A stretch of 63,225 nt of DNA, filler included, from Octopus bimaculoides (lineage: Eukaryota), in the NCBI RefSeq assembly GCF_001194135.2. It is 6 parts of 6 records of this genome, joined end to end, with 100 filler letters (N's around TTAATTAATTAA, not from the genome) between each part and the next. Parts side by side here need not be neighbours in the genome. Positions count along the whole stretch, not along the records: positions 21,142 to 24,420 come from NC_068984.1; positions 24,521 to 50,073 come from NC_068989.1; 4 more parts are not named here. One strand, written 5' to 3'. A program made the position numbers and the translations under genes. A model generated the notes under the pieces. It was not told the origin of the DNA, ran no database searches, and was given only the letters and a program-made list of their open reading frames with translations. Shown piece after piece: positions 21,042-34,984 of the stretch (its first letter is position 1; each line of letters opens with the position of its first letter).

Positions 21042-21860
21042 NNNNNNNNNNNNNNNNNNNNNNNNNNNNNNNNNNNNNNNNNNNNTTAATTAATTAANNN
21101 NNNNNNNNNNNNNNNNNNNNNNNNNNNNNNNNNNNNNNNNNTATATTTATGTATATGTATGTATGTATGTATGCATGTATATATATAGACTTAAACATAC
21201 ATGCATGCATACACGAATATCATTTATAACATGCAACATTCAAAAGCTCTATGCATTTAAGCAGCCTACCACGCAAATACGTTTTAGAAATTTTAGTTTT
21301 TTTTTTCATGCTTCTTTTCATAAACCGGTATCAGAAGAGGTCATATTTTAAGATTTCTTTTCGTTTACACCCCCGTCCACCACATGCACACATACCCTTC
21401 TTTTATGAATCGTAGTTTGCTCTTTACTTTCCGCCTGACCTCTTGGAATACAATTCAATTTTACTGCTTAGGTCTCTTTGATTCCACCGTAAATTTGTTC
21501 TGCTTGTCCCAAGATAACGCTTATTTTATTCTGCCGGAAAACACAATCGGGATCCAATGGTGAATTTCTGTGATGAAAAGAAAGGGGAAAAAAAAATCAA
21601 CCAATCAAGCAAAATCGTATATAATATATTTGCTTAATGTATTTAATGTTTTTATGTACATATAACAATAAGCATCGCGCTGTCTCTCTCTCCCTCTACA
21701 CGCACACACATATTACACACAAACATACACACATACACACTGCACACACACCCACACTCACACCACTTACACACGCACACACATACACATATATGTATAC
21801 ATACACACCTACACCTACACGCATATATATATATATATACACACACATACATATAGGCAT

Positions 21861-21908
<48 letters not shown>

Positions 21909-23274
21909 GTATGTATATAGATATTTAAGCGATTTCGTTTACAAACTGCAGATAGTGCACATTATTTGAAGCTTATATTTATACGGAATCAGTTGATAAT
22001 TCATTACGAGAGCAACACAGGTATATTATTCTATTGATAAAACCCCAGTCAAGTGGTTTCTCATTGGTCGAGAGCTGTCAGCTGGTAGTTTGTGTTACGT
22101 CCTTTAAAGAATTTTGCTTCTGCTGTTGGCTTTTTTCCACACTGTAAAAAAAGAGAGCACTTCGGCCCGAATTGCTGGCTTAGTTAGCTTTTTCTACATT
22201 GTATAACAAGGAGACCAGTCTATCTCGATTTGCAGGCACCAGGGCGAGCCAACCTGCATCATCCTCGATCGAAACAGCTGATATATCTCCACAATGCTGG
22301 AGTTTCGCATTGATTTCCTTGTATTATTCGTTTCAGCTCTGTGTACTCTGACTTCAGATTGAATACCAGTTGTTTCCTTGGGTCAATTCTTTTATTCTCC
22401 CCCTCTCTCTTTTTATCGCTCTCTGACTCATTTCTGTCTGTCTGTTTTTTTCTCTCCCTTTCTGTAAGATCTGAAGAGATCTGTGATTAGATCTGGGCCT
22501 GGAAATCCCTGGAGATACTTTGTATGGCGTGAAGGCGCCCCAACAGCTTCAACAGCAGTTGAAGAACCCGAGACAAAATGCACACATACATACATGCATG
22601 CATACATACATACATACATACATACATACATACATACATACATACATACATACATACATACATGTGTGTGTGTGTATGCTAGAGAATTGTATCCATAATA
22701 GTAATTGCATATAAACATACATACATATATAGAAGCATTCCTCTTTCAAGCATACATACCTACAACTGCGGACGCTGCCCATACGTACATGATTAAAAAT
22801 ATGCTGGGAAATACATCAGTACTTCTGAACGCTTTCCCAGGTAAATACAGATGGTGTGAAGTGGATGGGGTGAGGTAAGTTCAAGAGGGGAGCTAATGCG
22901 TTGCATTTTGTGTCTTCTGGTGTATCATGTCCCGTAAAGTATGTTAGTATAATTGATGATAAAAATGTCATAGATTGGCAGAAATTGAAGAGCTTCGAAC
23001 GAAATGCTTCGCAGCATTTAACTACATTTCTAACGGTCTAAGTTGAAATTCCGCCAGGGCCGACATCACGTTTTATTTTTCTGTGAAAGATATAATATAA
23101 TACCAGTTAAGTATTATGGTAGGTTTAATCGACTGATTAACCCTTCCCAAAACAAAATGGTCTCCTCGTGATTATGTTAGACGCTAATATAATTAATGAA
23201 CAGTCATGATTTATTGATTCTTTGGTCTGTTTTAAATACAGAAGACAGAAAACAACAGGAGAGATTTGAGTTAA

Positions 23275-23506
23275 GGCGGCGAGCTGGCAGAAACGTTAGC
23301 ACGCCAGGTGAAATGCTTAGCGGTATTTCGTTTGCCGTTACGTTCTGAGTTCAAATTCCACCAAGGTCGACTTTGCCTTTCATCCTTTCGGGGTCGATTA
23401 AATAAGTACCAGTTACGCACTGGGGTCGATATACTCGACTTAATCCGTTTGTCTGTCCTTGTTTATCCCCTTTATGTTTAGCCCCTTGTGGGCAATAAAG
23501 AAATAA
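23275..23506 (+). mobile_element. Young SINE family B, full length
   Basis: ggcggcgagctggcag...gccccttgtgggcaataaagaaataa, with TSD gagatttgagttaa at 23261-23274 and 23507-23520. Confidence 0.95.
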
Positions 23507-23599
23507 GAGATTTGAGTTAAGATTTAGTTCTGAGAAGAGTTTCAGAGCACTATACATCCATCCATCCATCTTCGTCCACAATTCCTGGAAGGGTCGAGG

Positions 23600-23880
23600 G
23601 AATAGTGTCTTCATGCACCTCTTTCATAAGGTCCTATCAGAAGCAACCATTATTTCCCACTGGATTCCCTATAGTACCCATATACTCACTTGATCATCAG
23701 GGATCAACTGAGACTATGGATATTTCCCAACATTTTGTTCTTGGTCTACCCCAGGTCTTCGGCTGATTGGCTTGGCTTCAACAGTCCGTATTAGGATTCT
23801 TTCCTGTGACATTCTAATCACATGTCCGCTGTAGCTCTCAATGCGGTGAATTAGTAGCTCGACCTGGAGACACTCCGTGG
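23600..23880 (-). mobile_element. RTE LINE 3' fragment
   Basis: YSGHVIRMSQERILIRTVEAKPISRRP...MVASDR resembles the RTE C-terminal motif GHVxRM...GRPRxRW. Confidence 0.65.
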
Positions 23881-24148
23881 TCTCCGAGCACCCAGTCGAT
23901 AACTATAAACTCGTGTTATACATTATTTATAAACTGCATGCGTCACGAGACGTGGAAGAATAATGGGCTACTTGAAATAGTGTAAAACGATGTAATGACC
24001 AGATATGATCAATAAATCCTTAATTAGGTTGTCGGATCATCGTCGTATACTTTGCTCCCATATTTTGATCCACAGGCTTGTTAGCTTGATGAAGTTAGAG
24101 GAGAGCCGGCATTCTCTACTTCCTCCCGATCTCTCTGTTTGTTTGTGT

Positions 24149-24226
<78 letters not shown>

Positions 24227-24520
24227 ATTGATTACGATCAAGCCGATAACCGTAGGTTACGAGTAAACTAATGAAGTCAAATGACTCATCTGGGACTTTT
24301 ATCACTGATTCCACTCATTGGAAACTCTTAGTTTTCCTTGCTACAGTATAGCGCACGGACAAGGACGGTTACTACCTCTCGGCAAATTCATAGCAGCAGA
24401 AACCAATATTTGGAGAAGGANNNNNNNNNNNNNNNNNNNNNNNNNNNNNNNNNNNNNNNNNNNNTTAATTAATTAANNNNNNNNNNNNNNNNNNNNNNNN
24501 NNNNNNNNNNNNNNNNNNNN

Positions 24521-24562
<42 letters not shown>

Positions 24563-25281
24563 TTGCATAGACTCACACACTTACACACATACATGCACAC
24601 ATATACTTACACAAACATGTACTCACATGTTTGTGTGTTTATGTATATACATGATTTTTCTCAGTATTACCAATATATCTATGCATCAATATCTCTATCT
24701 GTGTCTTCTTTTATGTGCACACACATATATATACACGCACACGCACACGCACACACGCACGCGCGCACGCATGTGTATGTGTGTGAAGTCTTGTATATTT
24801 TTTACATTAAAAGCTCATTAGCCTCTTGTCAACCACGCCACTCTCTTTCCCACAACCTCTCTCAGTGTTTCCACATACCCGATTTAATTACCCTTAATTA
24901 CCACTATAATGTTACCACCCAAATTATTCCAGCCAATTTTCTAAAAACAAAAAAAGAAAAAAACGAAAATTAGAAAGACAGGACGAAGGAAAATTACGAA
25001 AGCGAAAATTGCAAATGGTAAAATGAACAACAAAAAATTTAAGTAGTGACAACAACAACAATGATAATAATAAAAATTATGATGATGACGACGATACAGA
25101 TGATGACGATGATGATGATGACGACAACGATGACGATGACATCATGAGAGTTTAGAATGTAAAATAATTGCTTATAGGAGCAGTGAATCTCGAAGCAAAC
25201 AAAGCCTTCCAATGGGTCTTTAATCCAATATTTTACTATTTATTAGCTGTTTCGAAATTCTCCATTTCTAAAATCGATTAA

Positions 25282-25313
<32 letters not shown>

Positions 25314-25604
25314 TAATAATAACAATAATAATAATAATAATAATAATAATAACCTGAACACTTAAACAGCCACCCGGTTTAATACCACTACCCCTGGCAA
25401 CCTTAATGCATTTAACAGGATCAGAGTTTTGGTTTGGGATAACTTCCTCCCTCCTACCCTCCCACTAGTCGCCGAAGATCTCAAATGAGTCATGGGCAAT
25501 GATTCTCGTTAAAACAGAAAAAAGAAAAAGCCTTGAGTGAGTGCATTGTGAGTGAATTTGGCTGACGGAAACTGTGTGGAACCCCATATATATATATATA
25601 TATA

Positions 25605-26005
25605 TTTTGTTAGAAAAGACAACAAAAGAAAGAAAGAGACCTCGATATTATGTAAATAGAGGAATTTATCTGTAAAAATATGTGACAATTATTCGGTAGC
25701 CATGATAAAACTCCGAGTTTCGGATGCTGGGGCGGAAACCCACGCCGCCATCTCTTCAGTTTTCTGTCTATTGAAAATTCCTATGAAAATGACTGTTAAA
25801 CAAAGGGAAATTACTGTGTGGATGACCGTTATTAAGACAACAGAGCTATTAGAATGACCGCTGAGTGAAGGGAGAGAGTAAAGGTAAGGGAGTAAAAATG
25901 TCCATAGTATTCGCGTAAGCGCACCAATCCGTACATGCGCCTATATGTATTTACTCGTCCACCCTCGCTTGAAACACGCACATGCTCACTCACACATTCG
26001 CCAAA
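25605..26005 (-). mobile_element. Probable Penelope-like terminal repeat (pLTR)
   Basis: Non-coding repeat between microsatellites that contains a hammerhead core on the minus strand. Confidence 0.55.
25704..25766 (-). ncRNA. Hammerhead ribozyme-like motif
   Basis: CTGAAGA (25759-25753), then GATG-GCGGCGTGGGTTTCCGCC-CCAG-CATCC, then GAAAC (25721-25717) and TCGGAGTT. Stem II carries a GGCGG/CCGCC hairpin and stem III is ACTC/GAGT. Confidence 0.55.
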
Positions 26006-26053
26006 TATATATATATATATATACACAAACACACACACACATGTGTATATATA

Positions 26054-26112
<59 letters not shown>

Positions 26113-26764
26113 TTTAGAAAAAAATAATGTACTCAGAGATCTGGATGGTTGTACATTTACAGATTTTTATTAATGTCATATGTTTTCATAAATCATACAT
26201 TANNNNNNNNNNNNNNNNNNNNNNNNNNNNNNNNNNNNNNNNNNNNNNNNNNNNNNNNNNNNNNNNNNNNNNNNNNNNNNNNNNNNNNNNNNNNNNNNNN
26301 NNNNNNNNNNNNNNNNNNNNNNNNNNNNNNNNNNNNNNNNNNNNNNNNNNNNNNNNNNNNNNNNNNNNNNNNNNNNNNNNNNNNNNNNNNNNNNNNNNNN
26401 NNNNNNNNNNNNNNNNNNNNNNNNNNNNNNNNNNNNNNNNNNNNNNNNNNNNNNNNNNNNNNNNNNNNNNNNNNNNNNNNNNNNNNNNNNNNNNNNNNNN
26501 NNNNNNNNNNNNNNNNNNNNNNNNNNNNNNNNNNNNNNNNNNNNNNNNNNNNNNNNNNNNNNNNNNNNNNNNNNNNNNNNNNNNNNNNNNNNNNNNNNNN
26601 NNNNNNNNNNNNNNNNNNNNNNNNNNNNNNNNNNNNNNNNNNNNNNNNNNNNNNNNNNACACACACACACACACACAGGGTGGCCGCTGAAAGACTGAAT
26701 GATATAAAACAAAACTAACTCTTACAAACACATTTTAAAATACTTTTTATTATTTTATTTGGAT

Positions 26765-27116
26765 GGAAACCTTTTAAATTCCAGTTTCAGAATCTTCCGA
26801 AGCGATATCCTGGCGATGCCTAGTTGAGCAGAGCGACGACGGGTGGAGGCTGATGAATCCTCTTAAGGACACTCTGCCGTACAGCCTCCACCACTGCGTC
26901 CGCGCTCATAGTGCGCTTAGAACCTCCTTCTGGAACATCGCCGACTGATCTAGTTCTTTCAAACCGAGTGATTAGGTTCCGAATCATGTTATCGCAAGGA
27001 GATACTTTGACAGTAAAATGTTACCAGTATTTTCTCTGAGTTTGAATAATTGATCTTTCACCGGAATAGAAAAATTCAATGAGTTTTACTCGTTGCTGGA
27101 CATCATACGTAGCCAT
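26765..27116 (-). mobile_element. Tc1/mariner-superfamily transposase N-terminal fragment (DUF4817-like HTH)
   Basis: MATYDVQQRVKLIEFFYSGERSIIQTQRKYW*HF...IRNLITRFERTRSVGDVP...VEAVRQSV. Confidence 0.75.
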
Positions 27117-27868
27117 TTTATTCTCCAAAGGATGCTCTATAAGATGCAAAAAATAAATAAATAAAAAAAAGATTGAAAATGAACATGTTATGACGTATAT
27201 AGGTTCGTTGATGCAAACAGGTGGTAAAATAGAACTCAAGATATGAGTGTATATACATTTTTATTATTAATAGCTGAAGTAACAGAGTAACTCAATGGCC
27301 AAGAGTTTAGTGCGTTGGTATATGTTTGCTAAGTACCAACCCACGAAACTCACGGCCCTTGAGACCCTCTTTTACTTCTGTTAACTATTAATAAAATATA
27401 TATATGTACATATATGCATCTGTGTGTATACATATACGTACGCACCCGTCTGCGTGCAGTTTCAGAACGTAAAATAGTGAAAGAAAATTGTATTAAAAAT
27501 AATGAAAGTAAATTGCAATAGAAAGCGGAAGTGATATTCCATAATTCTATGGAAATAATGCATGTGACATAATCAATGTATGGAGCGTACACAAATTTAA
27601 TATAAGAAAATTGTACACATATTTTGTATAAGATGGAAACAATCACATCTGCTACGATTTCATCTTTGTTTGACGTAAGCTGCATGTTATCCTGCAAACA
27701 AACCTATATGCATCGTACAATGATGTAAATAGTTTAGCGCATTGTTTTAATGAGAGTTCCAGCGACTAAAAAAGAGTACAAGGTGAAATTTGAAACTACA
27801 TTTTCTAATTGACACCATCCAAGGTTAACCAGTATTGTTATCAACAATATTATTTTTATACCATTCTA

Positions 27869-28075
27869 AGGTGGCGAGCTAGCAGAATCGTTAGCACGCT
27901 GGCAGAGATACTTAGCAGCATTTCGTCTGTCTTTACGTTTTGAGTTCAAATTCCACTAAGTCAACCTTTCCTTTCATCCTTTTGGGCGTCGATAGATTAA
28001 GTACCAGTTGCGTACTGCACTCAATGTCCTCGACTAGTGCCCTTCCCCAAAATTTCAGGCATTGTGTCTATAACA
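27869..28075 (+). mobile_element. Older SINE B-type copy
   Basis: ggtggcgagctagcagaatcgttagcacg...aagtaccagttgcgtactg. Confidence 0.85.
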
Positions 28076-29623
28076 GCAAGGATTATTTAGATACCATTCT
28101 GTGTAGTATATCTCAAGAGTCCATCCTGGAAAGGTGCCATTGATATATCAGTATTTCTTAATTGGAGACGTTCCTAGTACCTCATTCATTTCTTTGAGAC
28201 GGGAATGCTGTATTCATCCTCCAAGAACTTTCTCAGAACACAACGTAGAGACAGAAAAGCTGAATAAAGAGACAAAGAAACTAAAGAGAGAGACTAACCA
28301 CCTTGACTGGTACTTCATTTATCGACCACGACAAGAAAAATCAGAGTTGACACCAGCAAAAGTTGAACTGACAAACGTAGAACAGTCGTATGTGCGTGTG
28401 TATAAAGATATAGATATGTGTATATACACCCATACATACATATATATGTGTGTGTGTGTGAGAGAGAGAAGGACAGAGGGTGTGTAAATATATGTGTGAG
28501 TATATATATTTATCTAATTCATATATTTATATATATATACATGTATGTATGGGTGGGCGTCTATACAAATATTAATATCCTCAATAATTTATGTGTATGC
28601 GTTTATGATTAATTTTGTTACTTATATGTGTGTGAATTTCTGTTCAAGTGTAATCATTTTAGACTTTGTCTGTGTGAGTGTGTGCGCGTGTGAGTGTATG
28701 TGAGTGTGTGTGTATCATAATTAAATATCCTACTGACTCTCTCTATGTATAAATCTCAACGCCCAACTTCAACTTCGACCTGTGCAAGGTTAAATACAGG
28801 GGCATTTTTTTTCCTTTCTATACTCAATCTTATGTGTTGATATATATGTACACACACGCACACGCACACACACACACACACTCACGCACACACACACACA
28901 CACACACACATGCACACATATATATAGATACATTTACATANNNNNNNNNNNNNNNNNNNNNNNNNNNNNNNNNNNNNNNNNNNNNNNNNNNNNNNNNNNN
29001 NNNNNNNNNNNNNNNNNNNNNNNNNNNNNNNNNNNNNNNNNNNNNNNNNNNNNNATATATATATATATATATATATATATAACGGTAGACAGACAGAGAG
29101 GCTAAGAGAGAGACAGACAGACACATTGAGACTGAGAGAATTATTACCGTTAAGTATATATATACGCATATATACATATACTAACATATTTATATGTGTG
29201 TATGTATGTATGTATGTATGTATGTATGTATGTATGTATGATTGTGTGTGCGTATGTATGTATATAGGTCTGCTTGTGTATGTATAAAACATTTTTTCAA
29301 TCCCCAATATGATTTTCACGTATACCTCTAATGCTTTATTGATATAATATTCTATGTGATCTCTTCTCGTTTTGTTTTATTTTTTATATTCTACTCTTCA
29401 AAGTTTAATAAATACCACTTGTTGTTTATTATTATTTTTGTTGTTGTTGCTGTTTCTGTGCTCGTTAATGTGGTTGTTGTTGCTGTTGTTGTTGTTGTTG
29501 TTATTGATCCATTGTTTAGCCAAGTGTGATATATTAGTCATGGCTCGTGTGTTTTATTGGGTGTGGAAGGAATAATTCAGACATTATCTGTGTGTTGGCC
29601 TTGTATTTTTATTTTATGCCCTT

Positions 29624-29708
<85 letters not shown>

Positions 29709-29858
29709 TGTGTGTGTGCTTATGGAGGGAGGAGGGAAAAAAAGAATTATTGAAAGAGCGAGAAAGAAAGAATTAGAGAATGCGAGAACACATTTCTGCT
29801 TATCGTTTTATGAACATCACGTAGGAAGCAAACTAAAAACTAACTGGTGTGTGTGTGT

Positions 29859-30066
<208 letters not shown>

Positions 30067-30913
30067 ACGGCAGGCACATATAAACATACATACATTCATA
30101 CATACGGACACACATGCATACATACATACATACATACATACATAAACACCACTTAGGGCACCCAGGGGCCAGCTGGTGGTGCTAAACAAGACAAATTAAA
30201 TCTATTACATTACTTCGACTAATTTTCTTTTTATACATTTTGAATCCATAATTTTCGTTATAAAATATTAACTGTGATATGATTTTCCTCCGATTTGCCT
30301 TATATTAACGTAACTGTATGATGAAAAGATAAAACTCAATATTTTCTCATTATTATTATTATTATTATATATATATTTTTTTTTGCTTTCAGTTTTACTA
30401 TTTCCATCGTTTTGTTTCACACTAAAGAAATAAATAAAAAAAAAGAAGCTTCAAAGAGTTATGTCCCTTGGACACTAAGTACAGTTGCCCTCTCCTTCAG
30501 TCTTTAATTTTCCCTGAGAGCAATGGATGTCGAAACGGATGCAGCAGTTATATTTATTTAGGTGTGTTTAGTATGTTTGATGTAGCACCATTGACAAACA
30601 ATGATGATATCTCATATCAGCAGAAGGAGACATATTTAGTGACGGGTAAAGTGATTTAGTCGATTTAATTGACCGATGTCACTTAACTTACAATCATTTT
30701 ATGTACACCAGAGGTGGGGATGAAAGACCAAAAATCGATCTACAGAGACACGACTAAATTTCGCTACGTATTTAGTGCTGCTTCTGCTACTCAGCAACGT
30801 TTCATAAATAAATGATTACTTCTACAATAAAAGCAACAGCAACACCACCACCACCACCACCACCACCACTACCACCACTACCAACAACAACAACAACAAC
30901 AACAATAATAATG

Positions 30914-30956
<43 letters not shown>

Positions 30957-31619
30957 TGGTCATGATTTTTTTTTTATCGTTTTTAATAATAGTGCGTTCT
31001 GATACAACTCACATATGACGGAGTTACCACCCAGCAGTAACATAACACAGCCTACCCAGTACATATTCAATGCAGGTACCACCCGGTTATCTGACATAAA
31101 ATGCAACAGGTGCAACGCATAAAAAGCGCAATAGTCAGCGAAACTAGCACAAGTCACCCAGCGCATACTCTAAATAAGCGCCACCCGACGCTAAAATACA
31201 TCACTATTTATACAGCATATAGGAAATACAATCACTGCCCAATGAAATATGAAAGCGGTTGTTGACATCATAAGATTTTTTCCAAACTGTCGAGCGAACG
31301 AGAAATAATTCTTATTTGGAAGTATAGATCTCGAAGCACATAAAGACAGCTTTCACCTTTTCCTTTCCGAGTGGTTTTTACAGCGGTACATCTACATGCG
31401 ATTATTATTAGCTTCATATGTTTCTAGATCCACTGTTCCAAAACAGAAACGTTTGCTTTATTTGTCATATTCAACTTTGCTTTTTACTCTTCTGGGGGTC
31501 GATAAATAAAGTATCGGCCATATAGTGAGATTAATTTCTCTCTTTCTCTCACTGTCTTTATTCTGCTCTCCCCTTTCTCTCTCTCTCTCCCCTCTCTCTC
31601 TCTCTCTCTATCTATCTCT

Positions 31620-31659
<40 letters not shown>

Positions 31660-32434
31660 NNNNNNNNNNNNNNNNNNNNNNNNNNNNNNNNNNNNNNNNN
31701 NNNNNNNNNNNNNNNNNNNNNNNNNNNNNNNNNNNNNNNNNNNNNNNNNNNNNNNNNNNNNNNNNNNNNNNNNNNNNNNNNNNNNNNNNNNNNNNNNNNN
31801 NNNNNNNNNNNNNNNNNNNNNNNNNNNNNNNNNNNNNNNNNNNNNNNNNNNNNNNNNNNNNNNNNNNNNNNNNNNNNNNNNNNNNNNNNNNNNNNNNNNN
31901 NNNNNNNNNNNNNNNNNNNNNNNNNNNNNNNNNNNNNNNNNNNNNNNNNNNNNNNNNNNNNNNNNNNNNNNNNNNNNNNNNNNNNNNNNNNNNNNNNNNN
32001 NNNNNNNNNNNNNNNNNNNNNNNNNNNNNNNNNNNNNNNNNNNNNNNNNNNNNNNNNNNNNNNNNNNNNNNNNNNNNNNNNNNNNNNNNNNNNNNNNNNN
32101 NNNNNNNNNNNNNNNNNNNNNNNNNNNNNNNNNNNNNNNNNNNNNNNNNNNNNNNNNNNNNNNNNNNNNNNNNNNNNNNNNNNNNNNNNNNNNNNNNNNN
32201 NNNNNNNNNNNNNNNNNNNNNNNNNNNNNNNNNNNNNNNNNNNNNNNNNNNNNNNNNNNNNNNNNNNNNNNNNNNNNNNNNNNNNNNNNNNNNNNNNNNN
32301 NNNNNNNNNNNNNNNNNNNNNNNNNNNNNNNNNNNNNNNNNNNNNNNNNNNNNNNNNNNNNNNNNNNNNNNNNNNNNNNNNNNNNNNNNNNNNNNNNNNN
32401 NNNNNNNNNNNNNNNNNNNNNNNNNNNNNNNNNN

Positions 32435-32490
<56 letters not shown>

Positions 32491-32874
32491 TAAACTAATA
32501 TTCCAGTAAGAACATTCTACGCTTTTGATAGCAGAGCTTCCGGACTACGCTAGAGCTGGTTTGAATATTCCCAGGTACGAGACGACACACTTGTACAATA
32601 GAAAAAAGTCTCCTACGCACAAGAGGACGCTTAGGTATTCGAATGCCACGCCTGCCTACAGACACGCGAACAATTAATATAATTGTATGTAATTACAGTC
32701 ACAGAAACACACACACACACACACACACATCTATATGTATTTATATATGTATATGCGTGTGCATATATGTGTGCGTGTATGTGGATATGTGTCTATGTAT
32801 ATGTAAATATATATGTGTGTGTGTGTATGTGCGCATGTGTTTGTTTGTGTGTGTGTGTGTGTGTAAGATAGAGG

Positions 32875-33105
32875 TAAGGTGCATAGCCCAGTGGTTAGGG
32901 TGTTGCACTCGCGATCGCGAGATCGCAGTTTCAATTCCTGGACCGGATGGGACTTTGTATTCTTGAGCAAAACACTTCATCGCACGTTGCTGCTCTGCAC
33001 TTTCACACCTGAAGTGTGGTACACCGTTCACCTGTTCAGGTAACGTTGATTTGATGGAGCGAGGGAGCAAATGTACAGCGCATACATTTGATCATTGTAA
33101 ACACA
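32875..33105 (+). mobile_element. tRNA-derived SINE, D-like
   Basis: A box TAGCCCAGTGG, B-box-like GTTTCAATTCC, then ttcttgagcaaaacacttcat. Confidence 0.75.
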
Positions 33106-33339
33106 CCTGGTTATTGTGGAAAACAATGATTGATAAATAATTTATTAATTATTGTTTTCAATGCATAATTATTTTCAAGATGTCTTTCTGCATTTGTATG
33201 AAAGTATTGAGTTGATGAATGGATATTGTTTGATCTGAAGACATGCAAAATAATTTACTATACACAAACATACAAAAAAAAAAATATTCTGTGATGTTGG
33301 GTGTAAAACAATCGTAATCATACGGATATCAACTTTCTT

Positions 33340-33722
33340 TATTTTTACGAGGGAGGGGTGACGATGAAGGGAGAGGGCAAAGGGAGAAGGTGGTTAGGAG
33401 TGAAGAGAAAAGTAGGAGTAGGAGCAAAAGAGGAGAAGTGGGTAGGAGGAAGTAGGTGTGAGAGGGAGAGAGGAGAGGGGAGGAGGGTTATATGAAGAGG
33501 GGTGAAAAGTTGAGCCCATCAGGCGCAAAGGAGCGATGAGAGAAGATTAATCCCTGTTTACTGCGAAAACGGGAGTCCGGTTGGCCTCTGTGCAAGGACA
33601 ATCCGAACACAGACAGGTGTTGCAAAGAGTGACCGGTAGAGCGGAAATGGCGCGAGACCGGAGTGTCATTGCCGAGTCGGATGCCTCGGAGGTGTTCCGT
33701 GAACCGGTCATCCAAGCTTTTA
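33340..33722 (-). mobile_element. Penelope-like element 3' fragment, GIY-YIG C-terminus and C-rich UTR
   Basis: DRFTEHLRGIRLGNDTPVSRHFRSTGHS...LIFSHRSFAPDGLN. Confidence 0.82.
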
Positions 33723-34625
33723 ATTGATTTCCCAAGAAACTGCTACCGACCAACAATTTTTGCTCCTTGAATGACATTCGGCTTCTGCTGGTCAGTGAGG
33801 CTTGTTCTACAAGCATACGACCTCTAGCTAAATGGAACTGGAACTGCACCAAATTTTTCTTCCATTTCTCTTTGTTCTTCTGAACAAATTCGAAGCTTTT
33901 CTTGAATGACATACAGCTAGCAGTCATGCAAAATTCACACTGAAACCGAAAAACAACAAGGGTGAACGTGAAAGCAGAACTAAATTATTTACTGCATGAC
34001 TCAGCAATCTAATCTAATCACTACCGAAGTCTTATAAATGCTAAGAATTTATTGTAAACCAAGAATTCTATGCAACGTTGCTCATATGCAATCAAGTTTT
34101 TCATAAGAATACAAACATGGATTCATGAGTGAACTTTTTAAAGGTAGCTCAAAAGGGAGTTCACTTTAGCTACTTATGCATAAAACCTCATCAAAATATG
34201 ATGCAGGGAATTGTTTCTGAGGAAAAAATTTAAAAAGTTATATTTCTAATAAATATATATATATATATATATATAATATAATAAGGGTAAAAAATTGAAT
34301 ATTAATTTGATCAACATCAATTTAAACCAGTGGCCTATCNNNNNNNNNNNNNNNNNNNNNNNNNNNNNNNNNNNNNNNNNNNNNNNNNNNNNNNNNNNNN
34401 NNNNNNNNNNNNNNNNNNNNNNNNNNNNNNNNNNNNNNNNNNNNNNNNNNNNNNNNNNNNNNNNNNNNNNNNNNNNNNNNNNNNNNNNNNNNNNNNNNNN
34501 NNNNNNNNNNNNNNNNNNNNNNNNNNNNNNNNNNNNNNNNNNNNNNNNNNNNNNNNNNNNNNNNNNNNNNNNNNNNNNNNNNNNNNNNNNNNNNNNNNNN
34601 NNNNNNNNNNNNNNNNNNNNNNNNN

Positions 34626-34661
<36 letters not shown>

Positions 34662-34843
34662 CTCCTCAAGGCGGTGCTCCAGCACTCCTACCTTACTAAT
34701 CTCTCCTCTCGTGAACTCTATGATGCTTCCCTCCTCATATCTGACCTTGCTCATATCCACCCCTCTAAAAATAACTACCATTCCAGAATTCCCTTCCTAC
34801 TCCTTTCACAGTCTCCGTCGAAACCGACAGAGACATCTTTAGT

Positions 34844-34888
<45 letters not shown>

Positions 34889-34899
34889 NNNNNNNNNNC

Positions 34900-34940
<41 letters not shown>

Positions 34941-34942
34941 GC

Positions 34943-34984
<42 letters not shown>

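Noticed and set aside
21086-21097. TTAATTAATTAA flanked by 44 N on each side, also at 24465, 50118, 54369 and 57528
   Set aside because: Identical 100-bp gap construct with stops in all six frames. This is an assembly spacer, not biology.
22480-22520. CTGAAGA-GATCT-gtgatt-AGATC hairpin
   Set aside because: No GAAA follows stem II, so it is not a hammerhead core.
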